Positions 26,196-36,816 of a stretch of 64,000 nucleotides of DNA are shown in pieces. How positions within the stretch are numbered: position 1 is the first letter of the stretch; each line of letters starts with the position of its first letter. Below the pieces are notes generated by a model, which had not been told where the DNA came from, made no database searches, and was given only the letters and a program-made list of their open reading frames with translations. Made by a program: the position numbers and the translations under genes. The DNA is taken from positions 6,023 to 70,022 of IMG/VR virus record IMGVR_UViG_3300033067_000910. One strand, given 5' to 3'. Origin of the DNA: a virus. Its lineage: Duplodnaviria > Caudoviricetes.

Positions 26196-26804
26196 ATGTC
26201 TGATGACAATGGTAAGATCCGATACCTCACACGCCCAGACCATATCTACGATGACAGAGAAGAAGAAGAGCACCGCAAAGAAAACTCATTGGAATATTGT
26301 GCTTGGCGCTCTATGAAACGAAGAGTCGCAGGGGAGTCACAAAAGAAACGCGCGGCGAAATACGTAGGCGTACCTCTGGACTGGCGTGTTCGTGATTACT
26401 TCGTGCAATTTTATTGGAATATCGGTGACGCCCCCGGCAGGATTTATTTCGTAGAGTACGGTGATGACAGAGGATTTACGTATGATAACATATTCTGGAT
26501 GTCGCATTTTGAAGAGAGTATCGTTAGGCGTATGATAGATAACGATTTCTTACAAAACAGAACACAGCCTCGTGAAAATTTTATCAAAGAGTTTGAAAGC
26601 TATTCCAAGTGGAAATTACCGCATCTGGCACTAGTCACCCCGCTCCAGTCCTATTACGAGAGGAAATTCCGTGAACACAAAGTACGAGTTTCTCACCCAG
26701 CCCTACGAGCATCAGAAGGAAGCCTTGCGGCGAGGATGGAACAAAGAGGGCTTCGGGTTCTTCCTGGACATGGGGGCGGGGAAGACAAAGACGGCGATAG
26801 ATAA
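26196..26804 (+). CDS. degenerate HNH-like protein
   Basis: SD AGGAGGT; EYCAWRSMKRR...F.QF...IGDAP...DNIFW resembles the phage YxxWxxMKxRC HNH family without clear catalytic residues. Confidence 0.55.
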   Translation: MSDDNGKIRYLTRPDHIYDDREEEEHRKENSLEYCAWRSMKRRVAGESQKKRAAKYVGVPLDWRVRDYFVQFYWNIGDAPGRIYFVEYGDDRGFTYDNIFWMSHFEESIVRRMIDNDFLQNRTQPRENFIKEFESYSKWKLPHLALVTPLQSYYERKFREHKVRVSHPALRASEGSLAARMEQRGLRVLPGHGGGEDKDGDR

Positions 26805-28113
26805 TTTCTCAATCCTGTTCGAACAGCACATGGTCAACCGTGTGCTGGTGACCTCTAACAAGGGATCGTACGCGGGATGGGCGCAGCGCGAGATACCTAA
26901 GCACTGCCCGGTAGAGAAACGACTGGTCCACCTCTGGCGGGGTTTGACCACGCGCAAGGAGAAGGATGAGCTCCTGCACTTCTTGACCAGCCCGGACGAG
27001 GACACGCTGAAGATCCTCGTCATGAATGTGGAGGCGCTCTCGTCCAAGGGCAAGGCGCTGGACCTCTGCGAGAACTTTCTCAGCAAGGGCAAAAGCATGA
27101 TGATTGTGGACGAAAGCACCACGATCAAGAATCCTTCCGCTCAGCGTACCAAGAATGTGATGTACCTTGGCAAACTCGCCCATTATAGACGGGTCTTGAC
27201 AGGCTCCCCGGTCACACGCAGCCCGCTGGATCTGTACAGTCAGATGAGCTTCATAGTGCCGGGGAGTGTGGGTAGTTCCTACTTCAGTTTCCGGGCCAAG
27301 TATGCAGTCATGCAGAAGAAAAACTTTGGTGGCCGTGATATCCAGATTGTGGTAGGCTACCAGAACATTGATAGTCTGGTTGAGAAGATCAAGCCCCATA
27401 TGATCAGGGTTAAGAAGGAGGACTGCCTTGATCTACCGCCGAAGGTTTTTACGCAGAGAGATGTCGAGCTCACAGAAGAGCAGATCAAACTCTACGAAGA
27501 CATCAAGAAGAGTGCCTATACTCTTTTGGATGGGCAAGCTGAAGTCTCAGCCATGGCTGTCATCACACAGATCCTACGCTTGCACCAGATCTGCTGCGGG
27601 CATCTTGTTGATGACGTCGGTAACGTACATCCTATTCGTAATAATCGTATTCAGGCGCTAATGGACGTACTCGAGGAGACCGAAGGCAGTGCCATCATAT
27701 GGACCAATTATCGATACGATGTTACAGCAATTTGTGCTGAACTGCGTAGAGTCTACGGACACGAGAGCGTGGTTCAATATGATGGATCAGTCAACGATGA
27801 CGACCGCCACGCTGCCATCGAAAAATTCCAGTCAAATCGAGCGCGATTTTTCGTCGGTACTGTTGCAACTGGCGGATACGGAATTACCCTTACCGCTGCG
27901 TCAACGGTCGTATATTACTCGAACTCTTATGATCTCGAAAAGAGAGCACAGTCTGAGGACCGCGCGCACCGTATCGGGCAGAACAAGAGCGTTACTTACG
28001 TCGACCTTGTCTGTCCCGGCACTGTCGATGAAAAAATCATAGCCGCCCTGCGTCAGAAAATCAACATGGCCAGTCTGCTCATGGGAGATGGATACAAGCA
28101 ATGGTTGATTTAA
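26671..28113 (+). CDS. SNF2-like (superfamily 2) helicase
   Basis: MGAGKT, VDEST, LTGSP, GGYGITLTAA, QSEDRAHRIGQ. Confidence 0.92.
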   Translation: MNTKYEFLTQPYEHQKEALRRGWNKEGFGFFLDMGAGKTKTAIDNFSILFEQHMVNRVLVTSNKGSYAGWAQREIPKHCPVEKRLVHLWRGLTTRKEKDELLHFLTSPDEDTLKILVMNVEALSSKGKALDLCENFLSKGKSMMIVDESTTIKNPSAQRTKNVMYLGKLAHYRRVLTGSPVTRSPLDLYSQMSFIVPGSVGSSYFSFRAKYAVMQKKNFGGRDIQIVVGYQNIDSLVEKIKPHMIRVKKEDCLDLPPKVFTQRDVELTEEQIKLYEDIKKSAYTLLDGQAEVSAMAVITQILRLHQICCGHLVDDVGNVHPIRNNRIQALMDVLEETEGSAIIWTNYRYDVTAICAELRRVYGHESVVQYDGSVNDDDRHAAIEKFQSNRARFFVGTVATGGYGITLTAASTVVYYSNSYDLEKRAQSEDRAHRIGQNKSVTYVDLVCPGTVDEKIIAALRQKINMASLLMGDGYKQWLI

Positions 28114-28230
28114 TATATTTCTTCGGCGAAGAAACTGTTGCTATCCTGCCACATTGGTACGCTATGGCTGTATTGCCCCTCTTATGGGAAGAGGGCTATA
28201 TTGGTGCAATGCAGCGTAAAGGAGTTCCCT

Positions 28231-28431
28231 ATGACCAAGCTCGTCGTGAAGCATGACCCTTACCCGGATAAGGCCCCCGTCGTGAGTGGCAAGTTCCCGG
28301 GAGCCAAAGAGTTCGGTATCAAGGTGACTCAGCACCGGCTAGCACCGGGCGCTCCGTGGGTCAGTCTGCCGAGAATCTCCGCACTGGAAAGTGAGCCGTC
28401 TGAGAACCGCCGCCCTGTGAAGATGCGGTGA
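28231..28431 (+). CDS. hypothetical protein
   Basis: SD AAAGGAG before ATG 28231; GTGA-coupled. Confidence 0.6.
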   Translation: MTKLVVKHDPYPDKAPVVSGKFPGAKEFGIKVTQHRLAPGAPWVSLPRISALESEPSENRRPVKMR

Positions 28432-28715
28432 GCCAGACGGCCCAAGTTGCGGCGGGGAAGAAGGCAGAAACCCGCCGAGCCAAAAAGGAGTGTGAGATGA
28501 GTTTCCCAAGCTGGCTCAACAATTTCCTCGTGAACATATTGTTCTACGGGATGTGCATCGGTATCGTTGGCGGGTATATTCGCTACCATATGTGGGCGAA
28601 GAAACATCCGCCGGAACCCGCTGGGATGACCCGGTGGAACCATGCAGAAGAAGCCCTAGGGCATGCCGTGCTCTGGGGCTTCATCATATTCATAGTCATC
28701 ATGATAGTTCTCTAG
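28428..28715 (+). CDS. two-TM membrane protein
   Basis: Two hydrophobic segments. Confidence 0.6.
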   Translation: MSQTAQVAAGKKAETRRAKKECEMSFPSWLNNFLVNILFYGMCIGIVGGYIRYHMWAKKHPPEPAGMTRWNHAEEALGHAVLWGFIIFIVIMIVL

Positions 28716-29161
28716 AACCCAAACGTCTTGTGTTCTAGAGCTTTGATCCGCTCGTCATAGTTGCGGTCTTTTTCATCTCGACGCGCAAATTGCTCGTCTC
28801 TTAGCTTAGACCACATGACGCTCTCTTCTTTATCCAGCTTCTCTCTGTTGAGCGCTTTGATATCAAGAGCCGTGCGTTCTAGTTCGCTTTTAACCGGACT
28901 CCATAGAGCCACACCTAGCGATCCTAGAATAGCAACGATGAGCATGGCCCCGCTAATCAGCACGGGCCAGTTGGTCTTGGAGCCGCTCTCTAGCTTGGAT
29001 CCCAAGGCGTTGATCGCAGCGGTAACATTCTGGAACTCAGACTTGGTATCAGCTGCGAGACCACGTAGGTTCGCATCTAACGCTCGAAACTGGACTTCAA
29101 GTCCAGTGACGCGAGAGTCAATTCCAGCGACGTGGTCCGCCGTCTCTTTCGGTAGCTGCAT
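28712..29161 (-). CDS. coiled-coil single-TM protein
   Basis: Heptad-rich ends around TNWPVLISGAMLIVAILGSLGVALW. Confidence 0.65.
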   Translation of the reverse strand: MQLPKETADHVAGIDSRVTGLEVQFRALDANLRGLAADTKSEFQNVTAAINALGSKLESGSKTNWPVLISGAMLIVAILGSLGVALWSPVKSELERTALDIKALNREKLDKEESVMWSKLRDEQFARRDEKDRNYDERIKALEHKTFGF

Positions 29162-29168
29162 GGTAGTC

Positions 29169-31622
29169 TCACTGTTCGGGCTCATTGGCGTTCTCGAGTC
29201 CTTCGTGAGTACCTACCGCCGCTCCGGTTGCCTGACTAGTCAACCCACCGAACAGCTTCTGCACCGTCTCACGCTTGGGGCGGTTCTGAAGTTCCTTCCA
29301 CTTCTCGGGATCTGCAAGCGCTTCCTGCAGAATAGATTTGGCACGCTCACGAATACCACTTGTTACAGCATTATCGACCCAATGACCAATCCTGTGCCCT
29401 CCGAGACCCCCGGCCACGCCGAGCGCTCCCATGGCAACTTCACCCGTCAATCCCACGAGACCGTGACCACTCAGACCGGCAATAGCCCCGAGAGCAGTCA
29501 TGGCAGCAGCACCAAGATGGCCGGGGAGGCTGGAGCCGTAGAGGAGTGTGCCGAGTCTGCCGTGTTGGGTCAGACCCTTGATGGTGTCCCCACCGGGTTC
29601 GCCCTTGGGCGCGAGGGCCTGAAGCTGGCGCGCGGCCTTCTCGATCTCATCCATCTGTGGCTTATTCCCCGCCTTGGTCGCTAGAGCATCCAGCGTCGAG
29701 CGGTTCTTATCCACGAAACGGATGAAGTTATCCGGGCTCTGAGTACGTAACCTCTCCCACGTGGACATCATCTGCTGGTCACCAGACAGATTCTTGAACG
29801 TCTGTAGCTTCTGCTCCAGACCTGGGATCTGTTTGATGGTGTCGTAATTCTTAGCGATGTAGGCGTCAACTTGCTTGGGCGAGACAATACCACCGCCCTT
29901 GGTCAGTTCCGATAGATGCCAGTCATGGAACTGATTGACCAGCCCCATGTTCTGACCTACGGCACTCATCAACTCACGAGTACGCTGCGGAGAATCGGCA
30001 CTTCTAAAGGTACGGTCCAGCAGAGCCTCGGGCGCAAGCTCGGGATTGGAAGCAACACGGTTGAACTTGTTGCCCCAATCGTCGTGATACTTCTTGGTCG
30101 CCGCGACAGCGTCATTCCATTTCTGAACGCTACCTTTCTTATCGCCAAACAGATAGTTACCCTTGTCGATCATGACATCGCGGATCCGGTCAGCGGCTGC
30201 TCCGTACATCTTAGCATCGGTGGCGCTCTCCGTATCGCGCGCCATCTCAAGGAGCTTAGACCGTGTATCCTGCCATGCACCGGGGTCGGCGACCTTGCCA
30301 TTCATACTCCGACGGAAATTGGTCATGCCGTCCTGAAACACCTGTTTCATGGCACGCTTGGCATCACCTTCTGGCAGGTTGTTGAAGTAGTCGGTGATTC
30401 CGTTACGGACCTTATTGAAGTAGATGCCGCCGCCCGTCTGGCGCCAATCATCCCATTTGGCGCGTTCGGCTTGCTTGTCCGCATCACGCATCGTGCTGAC
30501 GATAGCGTTGGTGCGTCCCGAGACCTGTCCCTGCGTCGCAGCGTCTACCGTACCGAGCGCCGCCTGACGCGCACCTTCAGCAGCACTGCCGAGTGCTCCG
30601 GTCTGTGACTGAGCTTCTGTGTTCCAAGCCTTGGTATTCTGCTCAGATGCCGCACCCATCTCATCGCTGGCACCGAGCTTCTTGCTGAGTGCAGCCACGC
30701 CCTCGTCACGTAGAAGATTAGGTGTCGTGGGGTTATACCTCGGAACCTTGGCCGGACTATCCATCACGGCATTAGGATTGCGAGGAGCTTCGCGCACCAC
30801 GTTAGCCGCGACATCCTGTGCCGCAGTCTCGCGACCACTCGGTAGCACACGAGTCCGCACACCCTCAGCCGCCACGTTGGCGGCCAGAGGTACAGCGATA
30901 CCCGCTGCCATCGCAGCGAAGGGGTTGCCCGTATCCTCACCCACCTTCTGAGCCACGGCGCCGCTCGCCGCCTGACCTAGCTGAGCCAGACCAGCGTTAC
31001 GAGCAGCCTTGCCCGTCAGCGTCTTGCCAATCGTAGCCGGATTAGGTGTGAGGAGAGCCTCCAGACCCGTCTGAGCCATCCTCCCGGCCTGCCCGACGAA
31101 GCCGGGGGAGACGGGGTCGTACTGACCCACATAGGGGCGGACGTAGCCCTGATAGATGTCCTCGCCAGTAGGAATCTGCTGAACGAATTCCGGCCACATT
31201 TTGCGATTGGCTTCGTAGCGATCGCGCCACGTCTTATCCGCATCTTCCGTCTGGGGCAGACCTACGGCTCCGGCCACTTGATCGTAACCAGAGGCCAAAC
31301 CGGCTGCACCGAGGTCCACCATTTCACGAGCGTTGCCGACCATGCCGGGGATGTTGGTCAGCACTCGCCCGGCAGCAGTCAGCGCGCCCTTCTTCTGTGC
31401 CCAATCCCAGCTATCATCCGGCCGCGGATCCAGCAGTTTAGGATTGGCAGGATACGGCGAGCCCGGCTGACCCGGCTGTGGTGCGCCTTGAGGAGAGGTC
31501 GTAGCTGCGATGAGCTCGTCCTTGGTCAGCCCAAGACGCTTCGCATTCTCCTTGGTAGGGGCGAGATCTTGCTGCTGATCAGGAGCGGCGGTCGTAGCTG
31601 CGATGAGCTCGTCCTTGGTCAT
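29169..31622 (-). CDS. putative DNA-ejection (internal virion) protein
   Basis: Large Ala/Gly-rich helical protein at the end of the tail operon; ATG 31622 is ATGA-coupled to the upstream stop. Confidence 0.6.
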   Translation of the reverse strand: MTKDELIAATTAAPDQQQDLAPTKENAKRLGLTKDELIAATTSPQGAPQPGQPGSPYPANPKLLDPRPDDSWDWAQKKGALTAAGRVLTNIPGMVGNAREMVDLGAAGLASGYDQVAGAVGLPQTEDADKTWRDRYEANRKMWPEFVQQIPTGEDIYQGYVRPYVGQYDPVSPGFVGQAGRMAQTGLEALLTPNPATIGKTLTGKAARNAGLAQLGQAASGAVAQKVGEDTGNPFAAMAAGIAVPLAANVAAEGVRTRVLPSGRETAAQDVAANVVREAPRNPNAVMDSPAKVPRYNPTTPNLLRDEGVAALSKKLGASDEMGAASEQNTKAWNTEAQSQTGALGSAAEGARQAALGTVDAATQGQVSGRTNAIVSTMRDADKQAERAKWDDWRQTGGGIYFNKVRNGITDYFNNLPEGDAKRAMKQVFQDGMTNFRRSMNGKVADPGAWQDTRSKLLEMARDTESATDAKMYGAAADRIRDVMIDKGNYLFGDKKGSVQKWNDAVAATKKYHDDWGNKFNRVASNPELAPEALLDRTFRSADSPQRTRELMSAVGQNMGLVNQFHDWHLSELTKGGGIVSPKQVDAYIAKNYDTIKQIPGLEQKLQTFKNLSGDQQMMSTWERLRTQSPDNFIRFVDKNRSTLDALATKAGNKPQMDEIEKAARQLQALAPKGEPGGDTIKGLTQHGRLGTLLYGSSLPGHLGAAAMTALGAIAGLSGHGLVGLTGEVAMGALGVAGGLGGHRIGHWVDNAVTSGIRERAKSILQEALADPEKWKELQNRPKRETVQKLFGGLTSQATGAAVGTHEGLENANEPEQ
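31497..31621. repeat. two identical 32-bp repeats (31497-31528, 31590-31621) encoding (M/L)TKDELIAATT
   Basis: GGTCGTAGCTGCGATGAGCTCGTCCTTGGTCA occurs twice, 93 bp apart. Confidence 0.9.
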
Positions 31623-33622
31623 TTCACCGCTCGCTGTGTGTTGGGCTTGTTGAAGTTGTTCATCACCCACCCATCTTTCTCACCCTTGTACGTCGCGGTA
31701 CCTTGCGGGGTGTTGATGGTCGTACCTGTCGTGGGATTGTCCGGGATGAGCGACGGGTCATAGTACTCGGCAGGGATGGGCGTCTGTGCTCCCTTGGAGA
31801 CAGTCGTCATCATCTCTCGCTTATAGTACGTGTCATAGTGATTGTTCTTGACCCATTCGTTGGTGAACCCGTTGATGTCTGTATCATAGGGGTTTGCCTT
31901 CATGTGTTCAGACAGGGCGCGGTTGTAGTCGGCCGCGTACTTGGTCGCAGAAGTCAGGTTTGCCATGATAGCGCGGTTCGCTTCAGGCTGCATAGAGGGG
32001 TTATAGGTCGCCGTCTGGAAGCCCTGAATCTCAGAGACCAGCACACGACCACCCATCTTCTGCACATCGTCGAACACCTGACGCATCGAGAGCTTCATCA
32101 GCTGCTGATAATCTTCAGGGTTCCAGCCTGCGGTGCTTTCAACCTTGAGACCAAGGATGCGAGCATACTCAACTACCTTGCCCTTCCAAGAACCCGCGCC
32201 GGTCTGGTAATCCTTGAGTAGACGCTTGCCTTCCTCGGCGTCATGGATGGCCTTGTCCAGCTTGGTCAGTTGCTCGGTGTTCTTGGCGCGGGTCTCCATA
32301 AGATCCTTAGCGGCAAGCTCACCCACCTTGCCGGGTCCTGCTTCAGCAGGGGATGCAGGCTGTGAACCGGGCACGGTCTCGCCCTCCGGCACCTTGACAC
32401 CGGGCGGGACATATCCGGGCGCGTTAGCCTGATCGATAACGCTCTGCTCTGTGACCCACTGTTCCGGTCCGAGACCGTTAGTACCGGGCTGAACCTGTTT
32501 GACGAGCTTCTGTTCAGACTTGGCCCGCTCCTCACCTTTCTGCGTGGCATATTTCAGGTTGCCCTGAGCCTGCGGGTCCTGCTGACCATAGCCAACGAGG
32601 ACTTTGTTATTGGGATCCCAATAGTAGCCCTTATCAGTAAACTGCTTCATATACTCCTGGCCGACCTTGGCGTAAGCCGCAGCCTTCTCAGAACCACGAT
32701 AGTTCTGACCCATGGCCGCAATCTGCGACATGGCATCAAGCTGACGTGCCTGCGCCGCCGTAGGACGATAGCCCGTAACACCGCCACCGAGATTGACCGG
32801 ACCGGGTGCCCACTGCTGCGGCACCTTGAGAGGTGTGACGGCAGGAGCCTGAGCAATGTCCACCGGAGGCGGCTGAATAGTGCTCAGATCAGGAGCAGGT
32901 GGATTCGACTGCACAACCTGTGACTGTGCCGTAGGTTTGCTCGCAGCTTCGGCGACTGCCGCAGCCGCAGGAGCAACGTCAGCGGGTCCGGGCGGAACAA
33001 CAGGAGTAGCCGAAGGTACCGCTGCTGCCGGCGGGGGCAGGTCCGCCGCTGCGGTCGCACTCGACGAGACAGGCGATGAGGTAGCAGGCTCGGCAGCGTC
33101 CGCCTGCGGCCCTACTGCCTTAGCCCCTGCCCCGACCGCCTTTGCTCCTGCTGGCGTTCCGCCGCCGGGCGGTGCCCCCAGCATGAATTGGCTATCCGCA
33201 CGAGAAGACAGGGCATCACTCAGTGCCTTCATCCCCACGGCAGGGGTCTGAAGCATCTGGAGCTTGCGGTCCACCAACTCGTTACCAAGATTCGCCTTGG
33301 CCACACCGATCTTAGCCATCATCGCAGCGCGCTGGAGTTCAGCCTCGCGACCGCTCTGGATGACAGGGATTGCGCCGCTCATCGCACTGGACAGGCTTTC
33401 GCCAAAAGATCCAGTCCGCGTCGGTGCACCAAGGCCAGCGGCGAACGCCATTAACGGCAAATTGACCATGCCGTTACCGCTCTGCTGATTCTGCAGAGTA
33501 CCGAGGTACTGACCTAGAGCTGAGTTGCTCTGGTCATACGAAGTCTGCGCAGCGGAATTACCCTGCGAGAACAGATCCGATAGAGCAGATTCGTACGTGT
33601 TAGGATCCAGCAACGACGGCAT
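31619..33622 (-). CDS. putative DNA-ejection (internal virion) protein
   Basis: 667 aa, Ala/Pro-rich linker plus helical C-domain; position in a podovirus-type operon. Confidence 0.6.
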   Translation of the reverse strand: MPSLLDPNTYESALSDLFSQGNSAAQTSYDQSNSALGQYLGTLQNQQSGNGMVNLPLMAFAAGLGAPTRTGSFGESLSSAMSGAIPVIQSGREAELQRAAMMAKIGVAKANLGNELVDRKLQMLQTPAVGMKALSDALSSRADSQFMLGAPPGGGTPAGAKAVGAGAKAVGPQADAAEPATSSPVSSSATAAADLPPPAAAVPSATPVVPPGPADVAPAAAAVAEAASKPTAQSQVVQSNPPAPDLSTIQPPPVDIAQAPAVTPLKVPQQWAPGPVNLGGGVTGYRPTAAQARQLDAMSQIAAMGQNYRGSEKAAAYAKVGQEYMKQFTDKGYYWDPNNKVLVGYGQQDPQAQGNLKYATQKGEERAKSEQKLVKQVQPGTNGLGPEQWVTEQSVIDQANAPGYVPPGVKVPEGETVPGSQPASPAEAGPGKVGELAAKDLMETRAKNTEQLTKLDKAIHDAEEGKRLLKDYQTGAGSWKGKVVEYARILGLKVESTAGWNPEDYQQLMKLSMRQVFDDVQKMGGRVLVSEIQGFQTATYNPSMQPEANRAIMANLTSATKYAADYNRALSEHMKANPYDTDINGFTNEWVKNNHYDTYYKREMMTTVSKGAQTPIPAEYYDPSLIPDNPTTGTTINTPQGTATYKGEKDGWVMNNFNKPNTQRAVK

Positions 33623-35339
33623 TGCCCGGCCTCATGAAGCGAGAAGTATTGCCGAGCCATGACTGCATATTGGTCCGATTCTGACCAATCCAGTCATGCA
33701 TCGACTGCTGATTAGCATTGAGTGTCGATTTCAACTGGCCAAGCCAAGAGTTACGTGCATCCCGCATAGCAATAGGATCAAATCCATTGCTGAAATCGGG
33801 CATCTGCATCTGAGGCATAGGCTGCATCGTGGGGAACGGCGCCATCTGCGGAGCCGTGGGGAACGTAGGCGGAGTAGGAACGTTCGGAGTCGTGGTCATC
33901 CCCCCGGCCTGCGGAGCCGTCGGATAGGTCTGAGGCTGAAGCTGCGAGAGATAAGACCTCACATCCGGGCGGGGTTGAACCCACGGCTGGACCGGGGAGG
34001 CCCCTCCACGCCAATTGTTAAAGGACTGATAGCCCGGTCCAGGCTGACCGTTGGTGCTAGATGCAGAGAAGCTGGCGTTGCTCACTGCATTTGATGCAGC
34101 GGGTGCACCGACAGTACCGCCATCAGCATATGCGCCTGCGATAGGATCGGGTGTGCTATTCAGTAGACCGCTGGCAGCGAGTGCTCGCAGAATGGAGGTC
34201 TTGTCCTCTGGCATCTGCGTAGGCTGATAGTCGTTGGGGTCGTACGGCACATAAGTCGGCTGACTGTCTTCTTTAGACATAACCATCCGTCGCGCCGCTT
34301 CCTTGGCGCTATCAGAGATACGACCACCGTCCTTGAGACCAAGAGCCTTGCTGAGACTAAGTGCGCCGAGACCAGCGCTGGCAATCTGTGCAAGCGGGGA
34401 AGCCGTCATGGTACCCTGATAGGGTGCGGTCTGTGACGTCTGCGTGCTGGCAAAGCTGGAGTATGGTGTACCGCGAGCTATATCGCTCAAGAAGCCCACC
34501 TGCTGATAGGGATAGTTCCGCTGATCAAGGAAATCGCTATAGGCCGTGTCCAGATTTTTCTGAACCTGATTCTGCTGCGTTGTGCCAACAGCCTCTAGCG
34601 CGGCTGCGTCCTTGAGAGCACTGGACTGACCGATCTGACCCAGCACGCCAGCATTATAGCCGAGGTTACCCATGTTCTGCTGCTGCGCAGCCGTGAGGTT
34701 GCCTGCTACCTGACCTAGACCAGCCAAGCGAGATTGATCTGCCTGGAAATTAGATGAAGCCTGTCCAAAACCCTGATTGAGATTCTGGCTCTGCTGTTCC
34801 AGAAGCTGGCTCTGAAGATTCTCCAGTGTGTTGCCGACGGCACGAGTCTGTCCAGCACTGCCGAACTGTCCAGCACGGGTGAATGTATCGTTGACTTGTG
34901 GTAGAAGATACTGGTTCAGGTTGCGTCCAGCCTGAGCGGCCAGCGCATCGTTAACCTGCTGGATGTACGGGCTCATGTACGAGTTGACAGTGCCCGTATT
35001 GTTGAATGTACCGCTGGCCTGCCCCATGTATGAGCTTGCAGCACCTAGAGGATTTAGCCCCATGGCACTGCTGATGGCACCTTGACCCTGATCATAAGCA
35101 GGTTCCCACATACCCGCGCTATCACGCGTCATCTGGAAAGCATTCTGCTGATCATTATTCAGACTAGCGACACGTGGCCCTTCGTATGCCTGATAAGGCT
35201 GACCGGCAACGCTAGCGGCTTTAGTGACGATACCCTGCGTATAGTCGCTGAGCCATTGTGGCAATCCTGTAGTCGATTTGCCATAAGTCGTGACAGAAGC
35301 AGGCGGTTTGCCGTTGAAAAGAAAATCAGCGACGGCCAT
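33600..35339 (-). CDS. putative DNA-ejection/pilot protein
   Basis: Gln/Gly-rich, YQAYEGPRVA, YMSPYIQQV, hydrophobic LAQIASAGLGALSL, KDGG and YADGG motifs. Confidence 0.65.
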   Translation of the reverse strand: MAVADFLFNGKPPASVTTYGKSTTGLPQWLSDYTQGIVTKAASVAGQPYQAYEGPRVASLNNDQQNAFQMTRDSAGMWEPAYDQGQGAISSAMGLNPLGAASSYMGQASGTFNNTGTVNSYMSPYIQQVNDALAAQAGRNLNQYLLPQVNDTFTRAGQFGSAGQTRAVGNTLENLQSQLLEQQSQNLNQGFGQASSNFQADQSRLAGLGQVAGNLTAAQQQNMGNLGYNAGVLGQIGQSSALKDAAALEAVGTTQQNQVQKNLDTAYSDFLDQRNYPYQQVGFLSDIARGTPYSSFASTQTSQTAPYQGTMTASPLAQIASAGLGALSLSKALGLKDGGRISDSAKEAARRMVMSKEDSQPTYVPYDPNDYQPTQMPEDKTSILRALAASGLLNSTPDPIAGAYADGGTVGAPAASNAVSNASFSASSTNGQPGPGYQSFNNWRGGASPVQPWVQPRPDVRSYLSQLQPQTYPTAPQAGGMTTTPNVPTPPTFPTAPQMAPFPTMQPMPQMQMPDFSNGFDPIAMRDARNSWLGQLKSTLNANQQSMHDWIGQNRTNMQSWLGNTSRFMRPGNAVVAGS

Positions 35340-36571
35340 CAGTTAACTCCGAGATATTCGAGTGGAGGGAGGGCATCAGGACTGATTTTGCCCTTGGCCA
35401 GCGCCGTACCCTTCTGCTGCCTTATCGCTTCACGCATCTGATCCAGACGTTCCGCACCCGCGTCATTATCGCCATCACCCAAGAGTGAGACCGTCTCCGC
35501 GTCAATGACATACTCGCCTTTAGATAAGAGAGCAGGAACGTTATCAGATCTGCCGCCACTACCAGACAACACGTGACCCACAAAAGGATGAGTACCTCCA
35601 GCATCAACTTCGCCTCCTTCAGCATAGGGCTGAACAGTCGGCAATTGATTGTTGGTGAAGAACTCTTTCTTACCCGGTCGCTCACCATAAGTGTAGTAAT
35701 CAACAGCAGGAATCTGACCACTCAGATTCTGACGTTCAAAGGCTACAGGCTTAAGATGAGATCCGTAATTTGGATTACCGTCGTCTTCTGACCCCATAGG
35801 GTCATAGGTCTGTTGTTTATTCTTACCCCCTAAAGAAGACATAGCCGCCAGCCCCATCATTCCAGGTACAAGCAAGCTATTAAGACCGGAGCCTCCGCCG
35901 TTACTGTCGTTACCACCAAAGAAGCTGCTGAATAGACCACCACTGTTAGAGGATGGTGTATTCGTGCCAGTAACCGGGACAACCTTGCCCGTAGTTGGAT
36001 CATACCCTAAGGGGTTTCCGGCACCTCCAGCGGCTCCAGAACCATTTGATCCAAGCAAGGAGCCGAGATAAGATGTAATCGTCGGTTGATTTTGCAGCCC
36101 GAAGGCATCGCCGAATGCTGTTCCGCTGAGCGCATTACCGATGTAGGGTGCTGCCACTCCACCGAGTAGGGCTCCCTGTAGAGCTCCGCTACTTCCTCCT
36201 GTGAGTGCTCCAATGCCGCCTCCGACAAGGGCATTTCCAAGGAGGCTAGAAGCACCAGAAGAAAGACCAAAACTGCCAAGCAAGCTGCCGACAGTAGGGC
36301 CGAGAGCAACAGCCCCGACAGTAGAAGCAACCGGAGCAACCCATTCATTCTTGCTCAACCATTTCTTGAGACCAGATAGGAAGAACTCCGGAGCACCTGT
36401 ATGGGGATTGAACGTAGGCTCACCCCACGCAGAGACAAGCTCTTTGTATTCGCTAGGATTGACATGAATAATCATGGAGTCGCCGTAGCGACCCTTGGAT
36501 GCGACTTCTTTGGCTTTGCCAACAGAGCCGCCCTTGGCGTAGGTTTCTGCGTCTCGCAGCGCGATTTTCAT
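35339..36571 (-). CDS. putative internal virion protein
   Basis: YAKGG...GRYGDSMIIHV...NPHTGAPEFF; Gly-rich TM-like block; YAEGG...GRSDNVPALLSKGEYV. Confidence 0.7.
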   Translation of the reverse strand: MKIALRDAETYAKGGSVGKAKEVASKGRYGDSMIIHVNPSEYKELVSAWGEPTFNPHTGAPEFFLSGLKKWLSKNEWVAPVASTVGAVALGPTVGSLLGSFGLSSGASSLLGNALVGGGIGALTGGSSGALQGALLGGVAAPYIGNALSGTAFGDAFGLQNQPTITSYLGSLLGSNGSGAAGGAGNPLGYDPTTGKVVPVTGTNTPSSNSGGLFSSFFGGNDSNGGGSGLNSLLVPGMMGLAAMSSLGGKNKQQTYDPMGSEDDGNPNYGSHLKPVAFERQNLSGQIPAVDYYTYGERPGKKEFFTNNQLPTVQPYAEGGEVDAGGTHPFVGHVLSGSGGRSDNVPALLSKGEYVIDAETVSLLGDGDNDAGAERLDQMREAIRQQKGTALAKGKISPDALPPLEYLGVN

Positions 36572-36816
36572 GGAAGGACCTCACACATCCGCTGCGCCCA
36601 TCCTCGCCAGTCATCGTATTGATACGGGTCCGGCAGAGATATTACACTGATACCAACCAACTTGACAATATTGACCGCGTAGTTCTGCCATTGATCATCA
36701 TTGTCATCGAATCGTCCGACCTGTCCGTACACTTCAAAATACGGAACCATGCGGTCAAACCAATCCCGGACTTCGATAACATCATCCGGCCATATCTTGC
36801 CAGCGCTAACCGCCAT
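36568..36816 (-). CDS. conserved virion-operon protein
   Basis: 82 aa, Trp-rich, PDPYQYDDWRGWA. Confidence 0.7.
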   Translation of the reverse strand: MAVSAGKIWPDDVIEVRDWFDRMVPYFEVYGQVGRFDDNDDQWQNYAVNIVKLVGISVISLPDPYQYDDWRGWAQRMCEVLP

